Assembly: GCF_000181795.1 (NCBI RefSeq)
Contig: NW_003526941.1
Span: 5,002,035-5,066,034 of the forward strand
Origin: Trichinella spiralis
Lineage: Eukaryota
Direction: 5' to 3'
Length of the DNA stretch: 64,000 nucleotides
In this document: piece by piece, positions 27,203 through 38,674 of the stretch
Numbering within the stretch: position 1 is the first letter of the stretch
Layout of the letters: every line of letters begins with the position of its first letter
The notes under the pieces: model-generated
Told to the model about the DNA's origin: nothing
Seen by the model: only the letters and a program-made list of their open reading frames with translations
The model's database searches: none
Program-made: the position numbers and the translations under genes

Positions 27203-27600
27203 GTTCGAATCAGTCTGATTTCAGTGAAGGCAGTGATGAAGATTCTGAAGAATTGGATGACTTTTTTGTAATTGATAAGTCCAATTCTAAGACATCTTTG
27301 TCTAATATTGCAAAAGGACTATCCTCTGCAGAGAATTTATTCAGCGGTGGTACTTTTACCAAAAATGATGCATCTGATGTAATGTTAAAGCCTAAAGCGA
27401 AGTTTGTATATGCCACCACTTTTGAAAAATTTAACCTTATCAAATGTACATTTTTAAGGTTACAGAAAGAAACATTGATACATCGAGGGACAGAAGAAAA
27501 GAAAAGTATACATCCTTCGTGGGAAGCAGCTAAAAGGAAGAAAAAGCTTGAGAGTTTTCATGCAAAACCAATGGGTAAAAAGCTGAAATTTGATACTTGA
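27203..27600 (+). CDS. SRFBP1: Duplicate 3' fragment of SRFBP1/BUD22 gene (no 5' part)
   Basis: IHPSWEAAKRKK..GKKLKFDT*; one R>K difference from the full copy; starts at the gap. Confidence 0.7.
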
Positions 27601-27927
27601 TTTTACGAAAACAAATCTCTGTCTATATGCTACTCTGATGTTATATTCCGTAAAAATTTGAAAAATAAATTTGTCAAAAACAATACTGATGTTCTTCACA
27701 TACAGTATGACTTGCTTGCTGAACGACTGTAACTACGAGCAATAATAAGAATAGCAATGCAAACAAGATAGTTGCAAATCGAAATACCATACTGGTTGAA
27801 CAGTTTATTTTAATAACAACAGTATTTTAATATTAAAGCTGCAAATGCTTGTAATTTACCGTATATACGCAATTAATCTTAGTTGTTATTTAGAATGAAA
27901 TCCATTTAGTAATTAAAGGTAAACAGC

Positions 27928-27999
27928 GGCCTGTTGGTCTAGTGGTATGATTCTCGCTTAGGGTGCGAGAGGTCCCGGGTTCAATTCCCGGACAGGCCC
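27928..27999 (+). tRNA. tRNA-Pro(AGG), duplicate of 25454-25525
   Basis: Identical 72-nt sequence and flanks. Confidence 0.95.
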
Positions 28000-28499
28000 G
28001 TTTTGTCTGAACTTTTATTCCCTAGTAGAATAATTTATTTATAATGATGTACACGTAATTTTGCCCCATGAAAATTTTTTTCTGTCGAATAAAAAGCAAT
28101 TTCCACAAATCAAAATTTCAGCTTCTCAGATTTGGAATGCGCTAACTTAAAACGATAAAAAAATAACTCTTCCTATTTAAAACAGCAGACTGCCTGAAAA
28201 TATAGAAATACGAGAAGGCTGCACAAATAGTAAGAGAACATATTCAATTTATGGTTATCAAAACCAAAAAAATACTTGAGAAGTTTCGCATGAAGGTATT
28301 GAACTGTTGTCAACTAGTGGAATAAATGATCCATCAGTGTTAAGTAATATTATTTTTAAAAAAGTAACAGATTTACTCTTTTGAAAAAATTATGCGGAAA
28401 GAATTGGAATATTTCTTGGAAAATTCTGAAAGTAAAAGCCAATAACAGTTTGCTAACGTGACGAAAAGTACATAAACAAGTTCGAAGAGATAAAAAATA

Positions 28500-28571
28500 G
28501 GGCCTGTCCGGGAATTGAACCCGGGACCTCTCGCACCCAAAGCGAGAATCATACCACTGGACCAACAGGCC
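28500..28571 (-). tRNA. tRNA-Pro(TGG), duplicate of 26029-26100 with T13C variant
   Basis: 72-nt cloverleaf; GGTCCAGTGG instead of GGTCTAGTGG (position 28559). Confidence 0.95.
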
Positions 28572-29067
28572 ACCTGCTGATCAATAGGTTCAAAAGCAAA
28601 TTGTAAAAAAAAATAATTCAAAATATTCAAACTTTATCTATCAGATAAATTCAATATTCAGAATTCAATAATAAATTACGAAGTTTCTCAAATGTGCAAA
28701 TCTAATCAAACATCGATCAGTGGATTCAAAAAACAAATACGTATATAATTTTAAAACGCACCTTGCTATCACAAATCACAATAATTCTCAAGCATGTGCA
28801 TACTTTTACTTAAAAATTTACATTTTTATAATCTAAGAAATTAAAATAAAATTTAGTAAACACTTCAACAAATACTGAATGTTAACTTTCGTTGCAAGTC
28901 AGTAACCAGTCTTTCGTTTAGTTAAAGTTAGAAGGAAATTACTAAGGTTGTATATTTATGGATTTTTAATTTTTTTTCTCGTTTGGCTTTTGGCAATTTT
29001 CCATCTACTGCTTTTCTCCACTGAAGAGTATGAATTTAAAAATGTTTCCGAGTGGGAAAAGAGAAAC

Positions 29068-29139
29068 GGGCCTGTCCGGGAATTGAACCCGGGACCTCTC
29101 GCACCCTAAGCGAGAATCATACCACTAGACCAACAGGCC
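29068..29139 (-). tRNA. tRNA-Pro(AGG), duplicate of 26594-26665
   Basis: Identical 72-nt sequence and flanks. Confidence 0.95.
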
Positions 29140-32100
29140 ACACAGTATGAGTTCGTCGTATTATTATTTATAATACAATCACATCTATCAATTTTTGCTT
29201 AATAAAAAAAGAATAAACATATTACATTATCATCATCTACTTGAAAAAACTGCTTCATAATTGAAATTTCAAAGCATATATAAAAACAACATCAATAAAT
29301 TACACAGATTTTTTTCATTCGACTATATTGTTTGGCAAAAATAATTTTCAAAACATTCACCATACAAATAAAGCACGACAACAGATACGTCCTATTAGCT
29401 CAGCCATCAATGTTGGTTGGCGTTTATCATAATAAGCAACGCATGTTCCCCCTGACCTAGTTTAGCAAGATATTCAAACAGTTGTGTATAAACAATAAGC
29501 AAAGTTTGAGAAGAAGCAATGCCCACCTGTATACGCATTTATGTATGCATAAGTGAGAATCATCTGAAGTAATAAAATAGTTTCCACTAATAAAATGAAA
29601 ATTCAATAATGATGCAATGATCAAATGAAAATTGTGCAAACCAATGACTGAACAATCAGACGATAAGCTGTCGAAATTTCATATTTCCAAATTATAATGA
29701 AAAAAACAATATTGTGCTAAAAGTTAATTTAAACAAAATAATTAAAAATATCGTTAAATTGTAAAGTGCAACACTTGATTTGGAATAAATTCACAGAGAG
29801 GAGATTATTTTCATAAATATTTCTAATAATTTTAAACTGTCTAACAAAATTTGCATTCCATCGATGTCAATCAGCATTGCTTGGTATGTTGAAAAAATGG
29901 ACATAAAAAAGTAACAATGAATGCAAATGGAAAAATGAATGGTGGCATGAGTTATCAAGAGCGGAAGTGGCGGCTTCTTGGAATATCAAACACAGGTCAA
30001 ATCTGTTCGCAAATACATTTCCGCTTCATTACAAAGAAAAGTAAATACCGGCAAAACACAACAATGAAAATAATTCATTATTGATATAATCTGATAATCT
30101 TCCTGATAACAAACAAACTTTTGCAAGTCTCATTTTTTTGCGTCTGATTAGCTGGTTCTTTTTTTTTCTTTACAAATATAATAGTTTACAAAAAAAAATT
30201 TTTAATGATTAAACTTGAAAAATAAAGAATTTTAAATCAAATATGCATAGATTATTTTCAGTGTTGTAAAAAAATTTTTCAAATCAATCATTTTCACTAG
30301 TGAAACTGCTACAAAATTCTGAGCTATTCACGTCAACAAGAAGCATTAGCATTACTTTAACAAGCAAAAGATTATATGCTTCACAACTAATCAAAAAGTA
30401 CTAGGAAAAATTTGTCTACTGTGTAGAAAAAAATTATTCATTAATTGGAACAACTAAAGCCAATAGAATAGAATTGAAAAACTGTTTCAGAGAAAACTGT
30501 CAACAATAATTGAAAAGGTAAAATTTAGCGAAAACTGTATAAAGAGTAAATTGACAGAGATCTGACATTGATGGCATCACTGATGGCTAGTTGTTTGATG
30601 TGTTTGTAAGTTCTGCAAACGTCACAGCTTTAATGAAAAATGCTTTTACGCTTACGACAGCAACGAACCAACAAGCAAGTATGCAAGCAAAGTCAAACAG
30701 AACATTCAATGAACAACAATATTCATTAAATTTCCATCAAATATGTTTGTAAAAATATAATAATAATAAATAAAGTAAATGATAATGCTTATTTATTTTA
30801 TTCGATTCATATTCATAAATTCATATCTGAACAAAATTAATAATAATTAATTCATAATTGGAATTGTCATGAATCAGTTTCACGAAACTGTTTCAATGTT
30901 TCAAAATTAATATTCTATCAATTTTACTATTTCACTTATTATGTATTATTATTTTGAAGCTGCATACGTAAAGTAAAAAAACATATACAGTTTATGCAAG
31001 AGAAATGGCAATATGCAAATTGTATGGCTGCAAGTGGAGGAAAATAAAGCATTTAACAAATTGCTGTCATGCCATCTTCAAATGCCAACTAAATAAATTC
31101 ATTTTGACGCCTTCTGTGTTTAACCAGCTTAATCATTCTCAAGACCCTCAATCAAGACAAGCTGACAGTGTGCACATCCCACGCTAGCTTACAGAGCATT
31201 CGAAGCAAGCATGCTGATCGGATAATGTTTTAAGAGCAAGAAAAGTAACAAGTTTAGAGAAAAAAAATATTAGCCACATCAAAAGTTTCAAGTGGATCCG
31301 GAAATGGCGTGATTGCTTTTATTCTTATCCGAAACAGTGCAATTATGCAATTACGCACGTGTGGCCGAAATTAATCTAGCGCTTCCGGTGACCTGAGAAA
31401 TATCTATAACCAAAACCGAAACAAAACAAAGAAACAACCACAACCACAACAACTACAACAGAAATATTTTTCCAAATAGTAAAATATGGAAACATTGCAG
31501 CTAATCTTTTTCACCTACGCATCTTTTGCATATCTAATCAATGATGTACAATAGACAAGAATAAGCAAAGCACAACTCCAGTATCTAATCAAGACAGTAT
31601 CGAGAACATTTTTAAATGGCCAAACATGGGCTCAGTGAGAATGTTAGTTCAGTTGAACCGCTTGCAGCAACGGTATCATCATCTCCAAATGGATTATTTC
31701 TTTTCCACTTTACCAATACATTTTATAAATATTTTAATTTTGTTCCATTTTTTATGCATTGAAATCATATCCAATTTTAAGCAGCAAGATGTGACAATGA
31801 AAAGCCCAACTGAAAGCAATAGCTGTGTGATTTTGGAAGACGGAAAAAGAAATTACACACAAACAACAACAACAATAATAATAATAATAATAATTTGCTC
31901 TTGGCTCAATTATGTATTAACCTGCTCATGGATAGGCAATTACGCATTGTTGACGACCGTCGACAATTGGTGACAGTTTGGCGTTGTTTGATTGGTCACT
32001 TTCAGATCGTAGCTTTCACAACCAAGCTCAGCTTGAATTACCGTACCAGAATGAGACTGTACAGTCGAACATTATTTACTGCATTAGCTTGGTGATTATT

Positions 32101-33921
32101 TTCGCATACGTCTCAATCTCAATACGGATCGTTGTGATCAAAAATGTCTACACTGAAAACCAAACTCTGGCCAAACGACGATACCCAATGTGGACAGCCG
32201 AATTGTTCCAGCTGCGTTTCGACAACAGTAAGTTGAAAAGAAAAATTTATTTTATCCCAAAAATTTCAATTATCCAAGCTTCTCAATCACATAATTTTTA
32301 AACTGTCGTCTTCAACAGGTTTATTTGTAACATATTTTTTATGAATCTGCTCATCTTTTGTTTTCAACATAAAAATCCGTTCCTTTGATGGAAATTGTCA
32401 TCACAGATCAGTTGAATCAAAATAGAATTAATTTAAAAGAGATTAATTCAATTGTTTCAATAATAAACAACAATATTACCAAAGGTAGAAAGAATTGATT
32501 CAATTTTCAATAGTAGAATAAAATTTGTATTTTTTCTCGATCACTTATTTAAGTAGATAAGTAGAACTGCGAAACGAAATTGGTGTTTTGTTACTTTTCT
32601 CTTCTAGATATAGATCAAGTAAGCAAAAAAATAAAATAAAATAACTAAGGTTGAAATAGATAAAAAGATATTAGAAGTGGTGAAAACAAAAAACAAAAAA
32701 GTATAAAAGACACAAATTTGAATAATAATAATAATAATCGAGAGGAAATTATCGATGAAATGTGCATCTGTGTGTTGTTGAAAATTTTCGGAAGGATTCG
32801 TTTGCGTAAAGCATTGGAAAAGCAATAAATTACAAGATTTGCCATAAAGTAAACGCTTTCTTTTTCATCATTCTACTATGAATTCATTCTGATGAAAATT
32901 TTCATCGTTCGAAAAACTGAACGAAAAATTCATTCTCATTCTCTCCTTCTCAAAATTGACCAGCGTACAAAATATGCAAATTAATTTTCACGAATCAAAT
33001 TTTTCCCTTGAAAAAGAAAAATCCACGCCAACGAAAAAGCGGCCAAAGCTTAGTATCGATCGCCCTGTTTGACTTACTGTTTAGCGTCAACGAGAAAAAA
33101 AATTGTTGTTTGTTTGTTTTACAAGTCGAGCGCTTCCTTACGGAAAAATTAACGTCTTCCCATAAATAAGTTAATAAAGGTGAAATTTCTTTTGCATAAA
33201 ATTAATTGTAAAAAAATTCCATCGACAAAATTTCCCACAGCTGAAGTGTTGGTTTGTTTTGTTCACTTATTGGCAAATTATACATTTTCCAAGGAAAAAA
33301 TTTCAAATTAATTAGCTCCTTCTTGGCTCGAAGCAACTTTTGTCAAAGTCTGCTCGTTGGAAGTGACGTGTTGCAGTGGGGACAGAGATCAAAAAAGCTT
33401 TTGGAACAAGAAACAACAAAGAAAAAAGAGGAAAAAGTTGAGGAGCTTGGAGGAGAGGCAAAAGGGGCGAGCAAAGGTGAAGCGCCGCCAACGTCGCCTG
33501 CTTGCTTGGCCCCCAGGTCGGTTGTTGTGCAGCGGCTTGCACGTCCAATTTTTACATCGCAAACGCACTGTCAAAGCGTCTGCAGCGCGCCTGTTTCCAA
33601 CAACTGATAACCACCAGCGGCGGTGCACATGCAAATTTTTTACCGACTAGATTATTCTCGACCAGCTAGCTAAGTGTTAGTTCGCGCGGCTCGGCCAAAT
33701 TACGCTCCGACCGCCACAACAAACACGCCCCAGCTCGGCTAGCCCAGTTCGGATAGTTCTATATATTGATAAACAAATAAAAATTTTGCTCTCTCGCTCG
33801 CCCGCCCCCCTTGCATGCATGCATGCTTGCTTAGCTGCTTACTTTCTTGCTTATTTTTCATTTGCTGCATGTAGCAAAAATATGCATTTATAATCTATTC
33901 AAATTGCAGACTGATTTGGAA

Positions 33922-36393
33922 ATGAGTGACCAGAGTCGATCGTCGCTGTCGCCGCCGTCCCAAAATCTACCTACGAAGCACAATTTCATCACGTCAACGA
34001 ACAGCAGTGATTCTTGCAGTGACATAGAGCCTCTATCGCCTGATTTAAATTTGACCCAAACTCTGAATGCAACGGCAAACCAATCTGAATTCTCTGACAA
34101 CGAAGAAGATCAAGATGACAATAATAATAATAATAACAATACTGATGATGCTGATGCTGATGACAACAACGATCATGCCAATGATGATTTTCAGTCGGCA
34201 GATACATGCGAAACGTTGATTTACGTCGGCAGTCCTGAATATACGCCAACCAGTGGCCAGTGGCCACTGCGCGCAACCATTCAACCCTGTGAACAATATT
34301 TATGCCGAGGTACGGTAATAGAAACACCCAGCAGTTGTTCAGCAGACAGTATTCTTCCAGCGCAGCAGACAAACGAATATTCACAACAGTGGTCACCGTC
34401 GACCAGCGCTTACAACCATGCAAGTACTTCGGTTAGAACCGCCTGTGCTCACCAACTGTACGCCACAACCTCACCGGCTACGACTATCATCAACGAAGAC
34501 AACAGCAACAGCAAAAACATGGAGAACGACAACAACAATATCATCCGCACCAATGACAACAGCAGTATAATTCAACAAAATGTGTTCACGGATTTACAAC
34601 CGGCTATACAACAAACACCCGGCTGCTTTTCTGGCACTTTCGAACTGATTCAAGCTAGCATTGAAACAGAAGGCCAAGCGAACGTCGCTTCGGCGCCGAT
34701 CTATTATCCGAATGCCTACGAGACACGAAGCAAAATGATGCTACCCTGTGCATGGTCGGTGGCGGCCAACAGCGGCACTTTGGCCCATCAACAGGCCGGC
34801 TACTACACGACAGCCACACCCGCACTGACGCCGCCGGCCAACGCCTCCAATCAAACACTTTCACTCTACCACCCGATGGTCGGAGGGGAAAGTTTGACCG
34901 TTTGGCCGTTGTACGACAACGACGGCGGCATGTTGCACCTCAGTCCGAACTTCAGCGGCCAATCTCCACCCCTGTTCACTCCAACGGCGCCCAACGCCCG
35001 AATCTTTGCCCGAGGTAATTACTGACTGTTCCACACCATTCTGTTGCCAGCAGACGTCAACATTACATTAATCTGTATGCTTTTTACAGGGCCGTATGCA
35101 GATTATGGATGTTCCGGCGGGATGCTTGCCACGCTGCCGTCGACCGACTGCAGCCGTTGCGGTGCGTTCCAATCTGCTCTGTGGCATTCGACAGCCGACA
35201 CCGGGGCCCTCATTTGCGACAGCTGCTTCCTGTCTGGCGTTGGCAAAAACACTCAAGCGTCTTCTTCTTGTTCACGCATCATCACCAATTATACGAGCAA
35301 AACCACACGCAAAACTGTACGTTGCTATACTGTATACTGGACAAATACTTTTACTCTTACTTTTTTTGCCTCATTTTCTAATAATATTCATGCCTCTGTT
35401 TTACCACTGTATTTTCAGGCTACAACGTCGAAACGTCAAGGCTTGGTCTGCGTCAATTGCCAAACCATGCAGACAACACTGTGGCGCCGCAATCAGAACG
35501 GAGATCCCGTCTGCAACGCGTGCGGCCTTTATTTCAAATTGCATCGAGTAAGATGAAACTTGATGATGATGGTCAGTTTGATAGAACTGCATATTTCTGT
35601 TCAGGTGAATCGTCCACTTTCAATGAAAAAAGATGGAATACAGACAAGAAAACGCAAACCAAAAAATCAACATAACTATCAAAAGGATACCACCACCACC
35701 ACCACAGCCACCACCACTTTGCCGTTGATCAGTATGGGAAATTTTTCTTGCCAATACTTTTTTTGTCGATTGGAAATTATCATATTTCTTCGTTCAGGTA
35801 CAAGTAACCGGAACAATGAATTGGAGAATATACTCGCGCACGCCTCGTCGTCGGCGGCACTTGCCAGGAGGCAAAGCGATGTATCACAGCAGCATCAAAG
35901 TGGAGTGGAGATTTTGAACAGCAGTTTCGGCTTGATCATGCAAGCGAGTTTGGTGAAATTTCAAGGTCGACAACAGCAACATCATCATCATCAGCAACAA
36001 CAACAACAACAGCAGCAGCAGCAACAACAGCAACAACAGAACGAGCTGATGCTAATGGAACAAGCCCACCGGCGACTGCAAACGAGCGACTGGACAAGCG
36101 GACCAACGGTTCAGACCCTGGGCAACAGTTTGCAAAATCAGATCGTGGAATTGAACGTGGACAACAACGGAAGCATAAGGGGACCCGTGTTTTACGAAAA
36201 TGCAGTCCAAATGCGTGAACATGCTCTGTCCACCGACTGTCCAGAATCCGCAACCAACACCAGCACCACCACCAACTGCATGGTCCGATTCAACGCAACG
36301 TCGTTTGTGCCCGTACGACAGCTGCCCGGTGCGACGATCATCTTAGAATACGGACAAAACCCGGTACCGACTACACACGCCGATTCAATATAA
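33922..36393 (+). CDS. GATA transcription factor, GATA4/5/6 (ELT-2-like) class
   Basis: Exons 33922-35014, 35090-35316, 35419-35547, 35605-36393 (possibly further small introns). Canonical finger CVNC-X17[11 protein letters not shown], basic tail [20 protein letters not shown], upstream degenerate finger CSRC-X18-CDSC. Confidence 0.93.
35970..36040 (+). repeat. CAA/CAG/CAT trinucleotide tract encoding poly-Q/H in the GATA factor
   Basis: QQQHHHH followed by a long Q run in ORF 35560-36393. Confidence 0.9.
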
Positions 36394-36706
36394 TACAATA
36401 TAATGTAATAAGCACGATGATGAGGAACATGCTTCAATGTTTGTTTATATTTTCATTTTTTTATTTCTATTATTTTTTTGCTTTTTAAATTTAACTGTAC
36501 GCAGTTGTTTTTCAAAAAATGAATTTTCCATTTGAAATATTTTCTACATTGTTTTCACGGTTAAAATTTTCCCACTTTCTTGGTTCACATTTCAACCAGC
36601 TCAACTCAACTCAAGTCAACTATTCATCAACCATTCATACAGTAAGAGCGATCATTATTAGCTGAGAAATAAATTTCTTTTTGCTTCATATGCAAAAAAT
36701 GTGCAC

Positions 36707-36828
36707 CAGTCAGTCAGTCAGTCAGTCCGACTTCATACAGGTAAACCGATGCTATCAGTTGTTGGGTACACAGCCCAGGACTGGTATATGACAGACAGTC
36801 AGACCAAGACTGACTGATTGACTGACTG
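36707..36828. repeat. Inverted (CAGT)n/(ACTG)n microsatellite pair
   Basis: cagtcagtcagtcagtcagtc (36707-36727) is complementary to gactgactgattgactgactg (36808-36828) with one mismatch. Confidence 0.8.
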
Positions 36829-38674
36829 CAGGACAAACATGCGTCTCCTGTTAAACAAAACTTTGCCTAGATTGAACGAGCAAACACGTCTAAGACCGAT
36901 AACCCAACGATGAACCCTCCAACACGCGCGACCAGACGACAACAACACTACGACAAAAAAAAATTACCACTGCAGAAAGTTTGAAAATTGAGAATTAAAA
37001 AAAACGCATTTGTTTTTTTGCTCTAAAACTGCCAGTGGAAAACTGAAGCTCATGTACAAATCAAATGATCGATTAATAATGCAAGAAAAAAACCACTATT
37101 TTTTTGCATGTAGCAATTTGGCATTTCAACCTCGTACACTTCAACCTGTGGTGTATGAATATTTTCATCAACTGAAAGCGGAAAATGCTTGGGCGTTTGA
37201 AAAGATCACTCCACCACTATGCGAAGACGGAAGTGGAAAGTGAAAATTTGACAAAGCAATTTCATTTGACGATAAGGCGATAAAGTGAAAAGAAGAAGCG
37301 ATGAATTTCTCAATCACCAAAACAGAGCATCAATCTTTTGATGAAAAAATTTAAAAAACAACAAATAAATAAATTTCAAAGTGAAATGAAAAGAAGAAAA
37401 TGCGCCTGATTCGACATTTTCTCCGCAAACAACTCAGTCAACGTCAAAAAGGAACCGATCATCGAAAATATACAACATCCAAATTCAAAGCAAACAAACA
37501 ATAAACCATACAAACTTACCAGATAAGACGAGATAAGGGAGACGAATTCGACGCCAAGCTAGTCGGTTGAGCAAAGTCGAACCAAGTCAGCTCGTGCAAA
37601 TTTTCCAACCGATTCCAGCGGTAATGTAATTTTCAAACTCGGTTGTCGTTTTGGTGAACAAAAAATTTATTCGTACAGTCACTTGAAACTGAGTCAATGA
37701 GCAACAATCGCTGCAACGCGTCCGTCCAATCCGGTTGATCACGGGGAATAAAACTGAAAATTTCAAATGAACTACAAAAAATTACCATACTACAACAAAT
37801 TTGTATCATTTTTCTGACACCTATTTATCTTTTTTATATAATTGGTGAAGAAATGTTTCAATTCAACTTTTTATAAAATAATTAAAATAATGACACCGAA
37901 TTAAGCAAATTTCCAGTGAAAACTTTTTATATTTGCGTTATTAATGAAATTAACAGTTTTGATAATTTTGAATTTTTAGTTCGCATTCTTCAAAACACAA
38001 ACTTCATACAGTGCTGCATAAATAAATATACTCATTTGTCTTGTGCGTTTTTTTGCTATTTGATGAAAATTATACTTCAAGAAGTTTAAATTTTTATACC
38101 AATTTGCAGTTGTACTTGAAAATCAATTTATACTGTAGATAAAAGCGCATTTTGAAATTGCACCGTCTTCTAGGGGTTTTGTCTTTGATAAAATTATTAA
38201 AATTTCATTCTTTTTAATACTTTGCCGATTTTTAAATAAACTTTTATAATATATTGATAAATGCAAGGTGAAATGAAATGAAATGAAATGATAAATCACC
38301 TACTTCACCTTTACATTATATCTGTTTACATTTTTTACAGTACTACAATTAAAATTCATTACATTTCATTTTCTTTTAAAAAATATCATGAAAAATTTAT
38401 TTGGTCAACAATTACTGATGAAAGCTAAAACTGACATATTTCTCAACAAGATTCAGTGTAATTTTTAAGGAGCTAAACTATAATACATCGAGTGCTTAGT
38501 TCAAATAACAGCAACTGAATACAAATTGAATAAAAATTCTGCAAAATAAAACCGGAAGAATGAATTCGAATTACAATATATCAAAGCAGTTAGAGTTGAC
38601 GAGATGATATCACTGCAACAATGTCGCCCGCTAACCTTCATCTGCAAACCAATCTGTTTTCGCGATAAAACTCC

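Larger units (their letters stand above)
27203..29663 (+). repeat. Copy B of 2.46 kb tandem duplication
   Basis: Matches 24737-27192 and begins right after the N-gap 27193-27202. Confidence 0.95.

Noticed and set aside
25902..28630. ORFs reading ACWSSGMILALGARGPGFNSRTGP
   Set aside because: Spurious translations of tRNA genes.
16351..29139. Apparent RNA-processing cluster Clp1-smg-9-SRFBP1-tRNAs
   Set aside because: The Clp1/smg-9 adjacency crosses the 18497-18506 gap and depends on the probably artefactual copy A; these tRNA-Pro genes have no introns for Clp1/TSEN to act on.
25454..29139. Six near-identical 72-nt repeats as a CRISPR-like array or SINE family
   Set aside because: They are complete tRNA-Pro genes in mixed orientation with irregular spacing, in a eukaryotic context.
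33254..33650. Overlapping short ORFs upstream of the GATA gene
   Set aside because: No recognisable protein features; better explained as GC-richer promoter/5' region.
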